A stretch of 62,005 nt of DNA, filler included, from Deltaproteobacteria bacterium (lineage in GTDB: Bacteria > JAUYMQ01): assembly GCA_030698575.1 (NCBI GenBank). It is 10 parts of 10 records of this genome, joined end to end, with 100 filler letters (N's around TTAATTAATTAA, not from the genome) between each part and the next. Parts side by side here need not be neighbours in the genome. Positions count along the whole stretch, not along the records: positions 3,562 to 13,903 come from JAUYMQ010000070.1; positions 14,004 to 17,145 come from JAUYMQ010000074.1; positions 17,246 to 30,960 come from JAUYMQ010000086.1; 7 more parts are not named here. One strand, written 5' to 3'. Shown here piece by piece: positions 7,779 to 18,836 of this stretch. Each line of letters begins with the position of its first letter. Positions within the stretch are counted from its first letter, which is position 1. The notes under the pieces are model-generated. The model was not told the DNA's origin and did no database searches. It saw nothing but the letters and a program-made list of their open reading frames with translations. Made by a program: the position numbers and the translations under genes.

Positions 7779-9277
7779 GGCTTGCCCTGTCCCTCCAGTG
7801 GCCAGCGGTGCACCGGCTCGTCTTTGTCTGATAGCGCCAGATAACGCTCGAACATCGCCCGCAAGGCCTCCTCGCGCGGCATCGACGCTTCGAGATCTTC
7901 CAGCATGGCTCGCTGCCATACGGCGGCGGTCTGCCCCGACAGGCTGCGCGCCTCAATCATGCCGAGCAAGGGATCCGACTCTGCGGGTGCGATCCCGGCC
8001 GCCAGAAGCCCTTCCCGGGCAAGAGGCAGGAGCCGGTGGACGAGTTCCCGCGCCGTAAGCAGATCGACGCCGCGTCCAGTGGCGCGTGGCCAGGCAAGCT
8101 CGGCGTCGAGCCCGGACTTGGCGGCGCGATAGAAGTTCCGATGCGCCATCGCAAAGGGGTACACGCTGATCCACTCGGGCATGCGAGGCGCAAGCCCATG
8201 CGTGAGCCCGATCAGAAAGACAGCGTTCGCCAGCATGTCGGTGATCGTGGGCCCGGAGGGAAGCACCCGTAACTCGATCCGCAGGTGTCCGCCGTCAACC
8301 GGATCGTAGATCGCGCGGTTCCAGCGCCAGACGGTTCCCTGGTGCAGCCGCAACTCGGCGAGGCCGGGTGTTCCGCCAGACCGGAGACAGGCCGCCGGAT
8401 TCTCGTCGCTCATGATCGGAAGCAACGGCTCGTGCAGGATGACGCTCTCCGCAAAGAGCTCCAGCGCATCGCGGCGCACCCAGCCGTTGCCGAAGGATAC
8501 CCGCGCGATGCCCTGCCGCCGCCCGCCGGCTTCGGGACGTTCGTCGATGGCCTGCTTGAAGAGCGCTACCCGCGTCTCGCGCCACAGGCGGCGGCCCAGG
8601 AAGGTCGGCGAGTTGCCTGCCACGGAGAGCACCGGCGCGGTGGCCACCTGGGCCGCGTTGTAGAGGCCGGCGAACTCGGCAGGGTCGACCCGGAGATGAA
8701 CCTGGAAGCTCGTCCCCGCCCCCTCGAAGGTCACGTCGTCGCAGCTTACCTGCAGAACATCGTCGCCGTGGATGTCCATCTCGAAGGGGGCGCCACCGCG
8801 CAGGCGCTGCAGCCCCGCCGAGAGCGCGCGGTAGCGCGGCACGTCGGACATGGCGCCCCTCTGGAGATCTTCCGGGCGAAGCGTGGGCAGGATTCCGATA
8901 GTGGCGATCCGCCCGCCGTGACGCCCCACCGCGCGGCGGGCTTCCGCCAGCGCCGAACGGATCTCCTGCCCCAGGGCCGTGAAGGGACTTCCGGCCAGCG
9001 GCGAGGGGGTCAGGTTGCATTCGAGGTTGAAACGATTCAGCTCGGTCGTGAAGCGGGGATCGGTCATCTCGGCCAGCACGGCCTGATTGAGGGAAAGCGG
9101 TCGCCCCGTCTCGTCGACCAGGAAGAACTCGAGCTCCGCGCCGAGCGTCGCCGGACCCTTGCCGAAACCGGGACGCCGCAGAAGCTCCCGCAGCGTTGCC
9201 AGGCAGACCGACAAGCGCTCCGAGAAACGCTTGAACTCCTCCTCGTCGAACCGTTCCCGCTCGATGGACGTCCCCAT
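7775..9277 (-). CDS. Glutamate-cysteine ligase family (GCS2) carboxylate-amine ligase
   Basis: GAELEFFLVD, TELNRFNLECN, SFQVHL, LHQGTVWRWNR, LRIELRVLP. Start MGTSIERE. Confidence 0.85.
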   Translation of the reverse strand: MGTSIERERFDEEEFKRFSERLSVCLATLRELLRRPGFGKGPATLGAELEFFLVDETGRPLSLNQAVLAEMTDPRFTTELNRFNLECNLTPSPLAGSPFTALGQEIRSALAEARRAVGRHGGRIATIGILPTLRPEDLQRGAMSDVPRYRALSAGLQRLRGGAPFEMDIHGDDVLQVSCDDVTFEGAGTSFQVHLRVDPAEFAGLYNAAQVATAPVLSVAGNSPTFLGRRLWRETRVALFKQAIDERPEAGGRRQGIARVSFGNGWVRRDALELFAESVILHEPLLPIMSDENPAACLRSGGTPGLAELRLHQGTVWRWNRAIYDPVDGGHLRIELRVLPSGPTITDMLANAVFLIGLTHGLAPRMPEWISVYPFAMAHRNFYRAAKSGLDAELAWPRATGRGVDLLTARELVHRLLPLAREGLLAAGIAPAESDPLLGMIEARSLSGQTAAVWQRAMLEDLEASMPREEALRAMFERYLALSDKDEPVHRWPLEGQGKP

Positions 9278-9508
9278 GGGGGATCGCCTCCTTCTTTCCA
9301 GGGCCCGGGGGACCCGGACCCCGCGCAATTGTAGCCGAACCCGGCCCAAGCCCCAGCCGCATCGCGTGGACGATGCAAGGACGCCGGCCGCGGTTCGCGC
9401 GAGCGAGGCCCATGAATATTTTGCACCGCACGCCTGTGGATACAAAGCGGCGGAAGATGCTATCGTGAACCGCTCTCCGACCGGAAACATCCACATGGGA
9501 GGCAACTG

Positions 9509-10426
9509 ATGAAGCGTGTCCGGCGAATCCTGGTTCCAGTCGACTTTTCGAAAACCAGCGCGGCCGCCGTTCGAACCGCCGTTCGCATCGCCTCCCGCTC
9601 GAAGGCCCGCGTGAGCCTGCTTCACGTCTACCCCTTCCCGCGCGGAAGCTTCTCGGCTTACCGGACCATGCGCGAGATCGAAGCCGACGCGAAGGGGGAA
9701 AAGGGGGCCTGGACCTCAAAGTCGAAACGGACGCTCAGCGCCTGGGTCACGCGCTATCAGAAGCCGGGCGTCACTCTCCGCAAGCTGTTCGCCATCGGGC
9801 GGCCAGCCGAGGAGATCAAGACCGTCGCGGTGCAGATCAAGGCCGATCTTATCGTGATCGGAACCCGGGGGCTGGGCGGCCTCAAGGGCGCGATCATCGG
9901 GAGCACGGCGGCTGAAGCCATCCGCCTCACGGACGCGCCGGTTCTCACGGTGCACGAGGGGCGCGGCGCAACGGGAGAGGCGAGCCGTGTGGTCGTGGGG
10001 GACGATTTCGGGGACGGGGGCGACGCCGCCATCGCCGCTGCCGTCGCCTTCGTGGATCCGAAGAAGGCGCGGGTCCTCCTGCTGCACGTGGTCGATCCGG
10101 CGCCGCTGCTCTACGCCGGCGCAGCCGAGTGGGGGTGGATCGCCGCGACGGACACCCTGGCTGAAGATGAAAAGCTCTCGAAGAACAAGATCGAAACGCG
10201 CGCCGGAAAGCTGCGCCGCAAGGGCTTCAAGGTGGAGTGTCGCGTGGTGACCGGCCCGCCGGCGCAGACCATCACGCGGGTCGCGAAGGGCTGGAAGGCC
10301 CAGCTCCTCATCGTCGCCACCCACGGGCGCCGCGGCGTCTCACGCGTCCTGATTGGAAACACAGCCGACCAGCTGCTCCGCAGCGTACGCACCCCGATCC
10401 TCACCGTGCGGCCCGAGCGGAAGTGA
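9509..10426 (+). CDS. Tandem universal stress protein
   Basis: Two USP domains (ILVPVDFS...GTRGLGG...GSTA; ATHGRRG...GNTA). Confidence 0.9.
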   Translation: MKRVRRILVPVDFSKTSAAAVRTAVRIASRSKARVSLLHVYPFPRGSFSAYRTMREIEADAKGEKGAWTSKSKRTLSAWVTRYQKPGVTLRKLFAIGRPAEEIKTVAVQIKADLIVIGTRGLGGLKGAIIGSTAAEAIRLTDAPVLTVHEGRGATGEASRVVVGDDFGDGGDAAIAAAVAFVDPKKARVLLLHVVDPAPLLYAGAAEWGWIAATDTLAEDEKLSKNKIETRAGKLRRKGFKVECRVVTGPPAQTITRVAKGWKAQLLIVATHGRRGVSRVLIGNTADQLLRSVRTPILTVRPERK

Positions 10427-10609
10427 GCAACAGGCCGGTCCGCTCAGAGATAGCCGAGGGCCCTCCGTTTCTCCGTTTCCATGCCTTCCCGGACCTTCCC
10501 GCCCGGCGCGGACGGCGCCGCTTGACCGGCACCCGAACCTGATCCAGGATCACGGGGCGGACAGTCCGCGCCGCCAATCCGTTCTCCTCCTACACGACCT
10601 GCGATCGAG

Positions 10610-11239
10610 GTGAAGCGTCCCATGCGCTCCCTGCGATTCTGGATCGCCGCGACCGTCTTCGCGCTGGCCGCCGGCGCCGTGATCGGTTTCTGGCCGGAGG
10701 ATGCGAAGCGTCCACTGCCGGCGGCGCCTGTGCCCGGGCTGGAGCCCCTCGCCGAACCTGCCCCCGCGCCTGCCGGGACCGTTGCTCCTCCGCCGGCGCC
10801 CCGTGTTGCTATCCCGCCCCCGGCGCCGCCTCCCGCCGGCGCAACGTCACCCGATGAACCGGCGGCCCCGGATCGGGCTCTGGTTCGCGAGGCGCTCCAG
10901 GAGGCTTTCGCGGAGAAGCTGCCTGATCGCCGACTCTCGGAGGAGGAGTTCGACAAACTGGCCGACGCCGTCCTCCGGATGCGCGCAGCGCGCGAGAGGA
11001 TGGCGGCGCTTTCCCTCACCCGCGAAAACGCCGCGGAGCTGGCGCAGCTTCGCGAAGATCTCAACACCGCCGTCACCGATTTCGAGTACGTCTCGGAACT
11101 GACGCCGAGCGCCTTCTCCGCGCTTGTCGAGCCCGACCTGCAACCGATTCGCAAGTCGCCGGATGCCGGTGTCGATTCCAACAAGGATAAAGACGAGGAT
11201 GTCACCTTTGAATATCTTCACGACACGCCGCCCCAGTAG
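10610..11239 (+). CDS. Hypothetical membrane-anchored protein with Pro-rich linker and helical domain
   Basis: N-terminal TM segment, P/A-rich linker, amphipathic helices. Confidence 0.6.
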   Translation: MKRPMRSLRFWIAATVFALAAGAVIGFWPEDAKRPLPAAPVPGLEPLAEPAPAPAGTVAPPPAPRVAIPPPAPPPAGATSPDEPAAPDRALVREALQEAFAEKLPDRRLSEEEFDKLADAVLRMRAARERMAALSLTRENAAELAQLREDLNTAVTDFEYVSELTPSAFSALVEPDLQPIRKSPDAGVDSNKDKDEDVTFEYLHDTPPQ

Positions 11240-12314
11240 CATTCCCGCCCTTCTCTGTATTCTTCTGCTGGCCTGCTCTCCCGATCCTTCGGGCACGGGA
11301 GAAGTGGCGGAAAACCGCGGAGAACCGATCGCCCGGCTCGGAGATCAGATCATCTACCGCGACGAGGTTGCGCCCGCCGTCGCCTATCAGGTCTACAGGC
11401 GAGAGGTCGACATCTACTCGCTTCTCAAGGGAGAAACGGAAGCGCTGATAAGCAACCGTGTGCTGGCCATGGAGGCGGAGCGCCGCAAGATCGCGCTGGA
11501 GGATCTCCTGCGCGTGGAGATCGACGAGAAGGTCGAGCCCGCCGGCGAGGCCGACGTGGACGCCTATCTCGCCGGGCACCCGCAGGAGGCGGGGAGCGGA
11601 AAGGAGACGAGGGCGCGGATTCGATACTTCCTCTCCGAAACCCGGCGGGAAGAGCGGCGGCTCGCGCTCCAGGAGGATCTGCGCGCCAGGGCGGGTTTCG
11701 AATTCCTGCTGGAACCGCCCCTCGCGATCCGCACTCGCCTCGATGTCGCTGACGCACCTGTGCGCGGGCCGGCGGAAGCACCGATCACGCTGGTGCATTT
11801 CGCGACTTTCAGCTCTCCCCTCTCCGTGCGATCCGCGGGCTACCTCCGGCGCCTCGTCGAGGAGTTCCCCGGCAAGATCCGCTGGGTCCACCGCCATTTC
11901 CTGAACCCCCACGACGAGACAGGGCTGCTAGCGGCCGAGTTCGCGGTGGCGGCGCAGGACCAGGAAGTTTTCTGGGAGGCTCACGACGCGCTCTTCGACC
12001 TCGAGGGAAATCTCGACGAGAGGAAGATGCTGGGCGTCGCTCACAAGATCGGCGTGGATGACGACACGATGCGTCAGGTCGGGATCGACGAGAAGTACCT
12101 GAAGGCGGTCAAGCGGGACATCGACGCCGGCGTCAAAGCGGGCGTCCGGAGCGAGCCCGTGGTCTACGTGAACGGCCGGTACTTCAGCAGCACCTTCCCC
12201 TACGAGCGGCTCCGCCAGATGGTCGCCGAGGAGCTGGGCGAGGCGCCCCCCTCCGTCGAGCCGGACGATCCCCTGGCCGGGCCCCTCCCGGCCCCATCAC
12301 GGGGCGGGGGATAA
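11199..12314 (+). CDS. DsbA/thioredoxin-like lipoprotein with SurA-like N-domain, lacking CxxC
   Basis: LLLAC lipobox; RGPAEAPITLVHFATFSSPLS; IRWVHRHF; FWEAHDALF; GVRSEPVVYVNGR. Start codon uncertain. Confidence 0.75.
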   Translation: MSPLNIFTTRRPSSIPALLCILLLACSPDPSGTGEVAENRGEPIARLGDQIIYRDEVAPAVAYQVYRREVDIYSLLKGETEALISNRVLAMEAERRKIALEDLLRVEIDEKVEPAGEADVDAYLAGHPQEAGSGKETRARIRYFLSETRREERRLALQEDLRARAGFEFLLEPPLAIRTRLDVADAPVRGPAEAPITLVHFATFSSPLSVRSAGYLRRLVEEFPGKIRWVHRHFLNPHDETGLLAAEFAVAAQDQEVFWEAHDALFDLEGNLDERKMLGVAHKIGVDDDTMRQVGIDEKYLKAVKRDIDAGVKAGVRSEPVVYVNGRYFSSTFPYERLRQMVAEELGEAPPSVEPDDPLAGPLPAPSRGGG

Positions 12315-12458
12315 AGGGCGGCGGAGGACGGCGAATCCGCTTGACCTCACTCTCGAATAGGCCCTAACATCGCCGCCGTACCCATCCGGCCCATCCAAAG
12401 AAAATTTCGGTTCAGACCAAAGTTCACCCGGACCTTTGTTCAGAGGGGAGGTTCCGAC

Positions 12459-13367
12459 ATGCGAAAATCGATGCTTGCCATCCTCATCGCACTGGGGATT
12501 GCCGGCCTTGTGGTTCCCGGAGGCGTGTTCGCGAAGGACCCGCGGCTCTCACCGAAGCGGCTCTCCAGCACGGGCGACAGCATTACCGAGGCCATCAACG
12601 CCGAGGAGTTCAACCCGTTCATCTTTATCACCCCGAACCACTGGGCCAGCTGGGCGAACGGATACTATGGCTTCTGGGAGTGGCTCTTCGGCCGCACGAA
12701 CGTGAAGAGCCACAACCAGCGGATCAGCAGCAACTTCGGCTCGTCGGGGCGCAAGAATTTCATGCAGGCGCTCAGCGGGGCCGATAGCTTCGATCTGCCG
12801 GGACAGACGGCGCAGTCGGTTTCGAACGCCGCCACCTACGTGACCCACTTCATGGGCCACAACGACGTCTGCCAGGGCTCCTTCGCCGATATTCCGAGCG
12901 ATGCGCAGTTCGAGGCGAACGTGCGGGCCGGGCTCAACAACATGAAGAACGGACTGCCCAACGGCGCGACGGTCTACGTGCAGGCCATCGTCGATATCTA
13001 CAAGCTGTGGCAGCTCGGTGACCAGCTGACCTCCTTCGGCATCATCGATTGCCGGGTCATCTGGGCGGCGAGCCTCTTCAACATCTTCCCCTGCGCCACG
13101 ATGCTGAGCCCGCTGAACAGCGAAGCGGACCGGCAGTACACGAGGAGCCGCAACGTTGCGTTCAACACCATCCTTCAGAACCTGGTGAACGAATTCAACG
13201 CGAACGACACGCACCACTACTACCAGTACACCACCGTGACGTTCGACACGACGTTCACCGCCGACCAGGTCTCTCCCTTCGACTGCTTCCACCCGTCGGC
13301 CAAGGGACAGAAAGACCTCTCGGCCTACACCTGGGCGGACGGTCCCTTCAAGGCTTACACCAAGTAA
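12459..13367 (+). CDS. Secreted SGNH/GDSL hydrolase
   Basis: Signal peptide; GDSI, GHND and DCFHPS blocks. Upstream TTGACC-N18-TAACAT. Confidence 0.85.
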   Translation: MRKSMLAILIALGIAGLVVPGGVFAKDPRLSPKRLSSTGDSITEAINAEEFNPFIFITPNHWASWANGYYGFWEWLFGRTNVKSHNQRISSNFGSSGRKNFMQALSGADSFDLPGQTAQSVSNAATYVTHFMGHNDVCQGSFADIPSDAQFEANVRAGLNNMKNGLPNGATVYVQAIVDIYKLWQLGDQLTSFGIIDCRVIWAASLFNIFPCATMLSPLNSEADRQYTRSRNVAFNTILQNLVNEFNANDTHHYYQYTTVTFDTTFTADQVSPFDCFHPSAKGQKDLSAYTWADGPFKAYTK

Positions 13368-13390
13368 GCAAACGAAGGCGTGGAAAAGCG

Positions 13391-13420
13391 CGGGCCCCCT
13401 GCCGGAAGGCCGGGGGCCCT
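13391..13420. terminator. Hairpin between convergent genes
   Basis: GGGCCCCC...GGGGGCCC inverted repeat. Confidence 0.55.
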
Positions 13421-13451
13421 TGCCTTTCAACGCGGCGAACCTGCCTCGGAA

Positions 13452-13903
13452 CTACGGACGCGCCTCCAGGATCAGGTTGAAGGGGGTCTCGGCGGCGCGG
13501 CGGAAGCGCGTGAAGCCGGATTCCGTCACCACCTCGCGCAGCCGAGCCTCGCCCGCCTGCGCTCCGAGCGCCCGGCCGACCTCCTGGGAGAGCGAGGCGG
13601 GCGTGCAGATCAGGGTAGACGCGCTGTAGTAGACGCGTCCGATGGGATTGAGGTTGTCCTCCACCCGGTCATGGGCAAAGGGTTCCACGATGAGCCAGGT
13701 GCCGTCGTCCTCGAGCCGCTTCAGCACATGCGCGCCCGCGCCGACCGGATCGCCCATGTCGTGGAGGCAGTCGAAGCATGCGATAAGATCGTAGCGTCCC
13801 GGGAAATCCTTGGCCGAGGCCTGCTCGAAGCTGACCCGATCCGCAAGGCCCGCCGCTTGCGCCCTCTCGCGTGCCGTCTCGACCGAAGCACCATGGTAGT
13901 CGA
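13452..13903 (-). CDS. Class I SAM-dependent methyltransferase (Rv2258c-like), 5' truncated
   Basis: DCLHDMGDPVGA, LIVEPFA, ALGAQAGEARL, ETPFNLILEARP. Confidence 0.85.
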
Positions 13904-14029
13904 NNNNNNNNNNNNNNNNNNNNNNNNNNNNNNNNNNNNNNNNNNNNTTAATTAATTAANNNNNNNNNNNNNNNNNNNNNNNNNNNNNNNNNNNNNNNNN
14001 NNNCAAAGCCCGGCCCCTCCGAGGAATCG

Positions 14030-15046
14030 ATGTCCAAGCGGAAGAAAAGCGCATCGCAGGACGACCGGGCGCGCGTGAGCATCAAGACCGCCCGCCGCGT
14101 GCTCTCGATAGAGTCCGAGGCCGTCTCCGCCATGCGCGATCGTATCGGTGCGTCCTTTGCCAAGGCGGTCGAGATGATCTACGGCTGCAAAGCCAAGGTC
14201 ATCGTCACGGGCATGGGCAAGTCGGGCCTCATCTGCCAGAAAATCGCCTCGACCTTCGCCTCTACTGGAACGCCCGCCTTCTTCCTGCACCCCGCCGAGG
14301 GAGTCCACGGCGATCTCGGCGCCATGACTGCCAATGACGTCGTCATCGCCGTTTCGAAATCCGGTGATACCGAGGAAGTGCTCCGCATGCTGCCGGTCAT
14401 CCGGCGGATGGGCGTGCCGCTCATCGCGATGACGGGGCGGCACGGCTCGATGCTGGGCCGGGCGGCCGAGGTCGTGCTCGACGTGTCGGTGAAGGAAGAA
14501 GCCTGCGTGCTCGATCTCGCCCCCACGGCCAGCACGACGGCGACGCTGGCGATGGGCGACGCCCTGGCGGTGGCGCTCATGGAGCGGCGGGGGTTCAAGG
14601 ACGAGGACTTTGCGCTCTTCCACCCTTCGGGCGCGCTGGGGCGCAAGCTCCTGCTGCGTGTCGAGGATCTCATGCACGCGGGCAAGCAGCTGCCCGCCGT
14701 GGGGCCCGATGTGACCATGAAGGAGGCGGTGCTCGAGATCTCCTCCAAGCGGCTTGGTGTGACCTGCGTTCTCGACGGGCGCGGGAATCTGGCGGGGATC
14801 ATCACCGACGGCGATCTCCGGCGGGGGATCGGCCGCTATCCCAATCTCTTCGAGCGCAAGGTGCGCGACATCATGACGCGCAAGCCCAGGCGCACCACCT
14901 CCGATGCGCTCGCCGCCCACGCCCTGGCCATCATGGAGGAGCACGCCATCACGAGCCTCGTGGTCTTCCCCCCGAACGGCGCCCGGTCGAAGAAGCCCGT
15001 CGGCATCATCCACATCCACGACATCCTCAAGGCCGGCGTCGCCTAA
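14030..15046 (+). CDS. kdsD: D-arabinose-5-phosphate isomerase (KpsF/GutQ; SIS + 2 CBS)
   Basis: TGMGKSG, STGTPAFFLHPAEGVHGDLG, LAPTASTT, FHPSGALG, GIITDGDLRR. Confidence 0.93.
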   Translation: MSKRKKSASQDDRARVSIKTARRVLSIESEAVSAMRDRIGASFAKAVEMIYGCKAKVIVTGMGKSGLICQKIASTFASTGTPAFFLHPAEGVHGDLGAMTANDVVIAVSKSGDTEEVLRMLPVIRRMGVPLIAMTGRHGSMLGRAAEVVLDVSVKEEACVLDLAPTASTTATLAMGDALAVALMERRGFKDEDFALFHPSGALGRKLLLRVEDLMHAGKQLPAVGPDVTMKEAVLEISSKRLGVTCVLDGRGNLAGIITDGDLRRGIGRYPNLFERKVRDIMTRKPRRTTSDALAAHALAIMEEHAITSLVVFPPNGARSKKPVGIIHIHDILKAGVA

Positions 15047-15150
15047 CCGGGGTCAGGCTTGACTTATTGACTTATTGGGTGGGCGGGGGGCCGGGCGAGG
15101 AAAGCCGGCCTCTTTCTCCATTTGCGGCCCGGCTGTGATAAAAGATAAGG

Positions 15151-17145
15151 ATGCGTCCTTTTCCCCACGCCCTCGTGTTGATCCTTCTCCTGCTCGGCCT
15201 GGTAGGCCCTGTCTTCGTGGCTTCCCCCTTGCGCGCCGCCGGCCCCGCGAGGGCCGTCGATATTGCCACCCTGACAACTGACGAAGCGGGACTCCACCGC
15301 GTGCATGGCTCCGCCGGGCGGGGCTCGAATGGCGTGCCCGTGGCGGGGGGCTTCGACTGTGACGGCGACGGCCATCGCGACATGGCCTTCTCGGCCATGA
15401 CGGCCCGGCCGCTCGGGCGAAACCTGGCGGGCGAGGCTTATCTCGTCTTCGGCGACGGCACGGTCCAGGGAACCCTCGACTCGGCAGGCTTCCATCCCGA
15501 CATTCTGAAGATTTACGGCGACGGCTTGAACGAGACGGCCGGAAGCGAACTCTGGATGGACGACGTCACGGGCGACGGCCTGGGCGATCTGCTCGTCGCG
15601 CGCCAGAACTTCAGCCCCGTCGGCCGAATTGGCGCCGGCGCCCTCACCATCCTGGTCGGCGGGCCGGCGCTGCGCGCGCAGGCGGCGACGCTCGCTCCGC
15701 TGGATCTTTGCGCGCCGCCGCCCGGGATCGTCATGACCACCCTGGTCGGCGATGCGGCGTTCCACCGCCTGGGCATCTGGATGCGTATCGGCGACGTGAC
15801 CGGCGACGGCATCGCCGACATCGTGGTCGGCGCCGATCAATCGAACGCGCCGCTCGAAGCCCACCGGGGGGCGGCCTGGGTGGTGCGCGGTGGTCCTCAT
15901 CTCGCCCTGAACCAGACCATCGACCTGGCCGTCTTCGGCGCACCCGCCTTCGACGCCACGCCGCTCGCCGGTCACGTGGCGAGGATCACGCCCCCGCTCG
16001 GATCATTCCATCACCACTTCGGCGCGACCTGCCAGATAGCCGATCTCGACGGCAACGGGCGCGGCGAGGTGCTCGTGGCATTGACCCTCAACCGCGCGGG
16101 TGCCGGCATTCCCGCCTTCGGGGCGCCCTTCGGGCAGGCGCACGCAACCGGCGGATCGCTCGACGGAACGCTTTACATCGCCTGGGATGACAACTTCGAG
16201 GGCGATCCGTGGCCGGCGGGCTTCACCTTCGATATCTCGGCCTCGCCCGGCAGCCGCTCGATCATCGACGGTGGTTTCCGGAACCGGAACTTCGGCGAGG
16301 AGATCCTGGGAGGGCTCGACTACGACGCCGACGGCGCGCCCGATCTCTTCGTCGGCGACATCGTGGGCGACGGCACCGTTGCGCAGAACCGCGGCAGCTC
16401 CGGAACGGGGCACGTCCTCTATGACGCTGCGATGCTCAAGGGGCTGGTCTTCGACCTCGACGCGCCGCCGCCCGGGCTCGCCCTCACGACGATTCTCGGC
16501 GGGAGATCGGGGGATATCGCAGCCGATACGGCCACCCAGGGAGATTTCGACGGCGATGGCATCGGTGACCTGGCCTTCAGCTCTCCCCACGCTTCGCCCC
16601 TGGGGCGGGCGAACGCGGGTACGATACACGTCTTCCACGGTCAGCCGGGGCAGTGGCCCGCGCTGATCGATCTGGCCCCGGGCGCGCTCCCGCCGGCGAG
16701 CGAGGTCCGCATCGCCGAGTTCTACGGCGCGCATGGGAACATGCCCGGAGACACGGGCGACGTGCTCTGCTACAGCGCTGCCGCCGGCGACATCGACGGC
16801 GACGGGCGAACGGACATCATCACGAACGAAATGCTCGGCAACGGCATCGCGCCCGGCACGACCGACACAGGCAACCTGATCGTTCTCGGCGGCTCGCTGC
16901 TGACGCACAACGACGTGGCGATCGACATCCGCCCGCCGGACCCGCGGAACCGCTTTACGCTCACCGGCAGCCGCCCGATCACGGTCGCGGTGCTGGGATC
17001 CGAAACGGTGGACGTGGACGATATCGATCGCGCGACGGTGGTCTTCGGTCCCGCCCGGGCGCCCGCAAGCGATCAGATTGCGCAGGGGCAGGCGCGCAGC
17101 CCGCATTCCTACGATGTGAACCGCGACGGCATTCCCGATCTCCGG
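15151..17145 (+). CDS. Secreted FG-GAP/integrin-alpha repeat protein, 3' truncated
   Basis: Signal peptide; repeated DxxGDGxxDxxVG motifs; C-terminal AIDIRP...VAVLGS...DVNRDGIPDL domain. Confidence 0.85.
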
Positions 17146-17245
17146 NNNNNNNNNNNNNNNNNNNNNNNNNNNNNNNNNNNNNNNNNNNNTTAATTAATTA
17201 ANNNNNNNNNNNNNNNNNNNNNNNNNNNNNNNNNNNNNNNNNNNN

Positions 17246-18791
17246 CTGGATGATTGAGCTTCCCTGGAACAAGCGGACGCGGGATAACATCGATCTCTCG
17301 AAGGCAAAGAACGTACTCGACGAAGATCACGCCGGACTTCCGAAGGTGAAGGAGCGGATCCTCGAGTTCCTGGGCGTCAAGGAGCTGAAGAAGTCGATGA
17401 AAGGGCCGATTCTCTGTTTCGTGGGCCCGCCCGGTGTCGGCAAGACGTCGCTCGGCAAGTCCATCGCGCGGGCCATGGGGCGGCAGTTCGCCCGGGTCTC
17501 GCTGGGCGGGCTGCGCGACGAGGCGGAGATCCGGGGTCATCGCCGCACCTACGTGGGCGCGTTGCCGGGACGAATTCTGCAGGGCATGAAGACCGCGGGG
17601 ACGATCAACCCCGTCTTCATGCTGGACGAGATCGACAAGGTCGGAACGGATTTCCGGGGCGATCCCACCGCCGCGCTCCTCGAGGTGCTCGATCCCGAGC
17701 AGAACCACGCGTTCAGCGATCACTACCTCAACGTTCCTTTCGACCTGTCGCAGGTGTTCTGGATCACCACCGCGAACATGCTCGACACGATCCCCTCGGC
17801 CCTTCGGGATCGCATGGAGATCATCCGCATCGCCGGATACACGCACACCGAGAAGGTCCAGATTGCCCGGGGATTTCTTCTGCCGCGTCAGGAGGACGAG
17901 AACGGGCTCACCGCGGATTTCATCCAGATCACGGAGGGCGCTCTCTCGCGGGGCATTACCCACTACACCCGGGAGGCCGGCGTGCGGAATCTCGAGCGGG
18001 AGATCGGCTCGATCTGCCGCAAGGTGGCGCGCCGGGTGGCCGAGGGACGGATGCGTCTTACGCGCGTCAACGCGGGAAACATTCACAAGTATCTTGGCGT
18101 TCCCAGGTACCTTCCCGAGGCGGAGCAGGAGCGCGACGAGGTCGGCATCGCGACCGGCCTGGCCTGGACGGAGACCGGCGGCGAGGTGCTCTTCGTCGAG
18201 GTGTCCGTAAGCCGGGGGCGGGGAGAGCTGATCCTCACCGGCCAGCTCGGCAACGTCATGAAGGAGTCCGCCCAGGCGGCTCTCAGCTTCACGCGATCCC
18301 ATACGCGCGAGTTCGGCATCGACGAGGACGTGTTCAAGAAAATGCAGTTTCACGTACACGTGCCGGCTGGCGCCATCCCGAAGGACGGCCCCTCTGCGGG
18401 CATTACGATTGCCACGGCGCTGATTAGCGCCCTCACGGGAGTACCCGTGCGGAAGGATACGGCCATGACGGGCGAGATCACGCTTCGAGGCCGCGTGCTT
18501 CCGATCGGCGGACTGAAGGAAAAGTCTCTGGCGGCGCTGCGGATGGGGATCAAGACGATGCTCGTGCCCGAGCGTAACCGGAAGGATCTCGAGGAGGTCC
18601 CCCGGGAGGTGCAGTCGAAACTCCGTTTCGTCTTCGCGAAGTCGATGGAGGAGATCCTCCAGCACGCGCTGGTGGATGCCTCACGGCTGAAGTTCTCCCG
18701 CCGTCCCGCGGCGCGGCGCGGCGCCCCCAAGCACGGCGCCACGCTCCCCGCCTACTCGCACTCGCCACGCCAGGCCCGCGACAAGGACTGA
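17246..18791 (+). CDS. lon: Lon protease, 5' truncated
   Basis: [43 protein letters not shown]. Confidence 0.97.
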
Positions 18792-18836
18792 AGCGGCGCC
18801 TTGCCAATCCGGGCTGATTCCGGTCATGCTTCCCGC

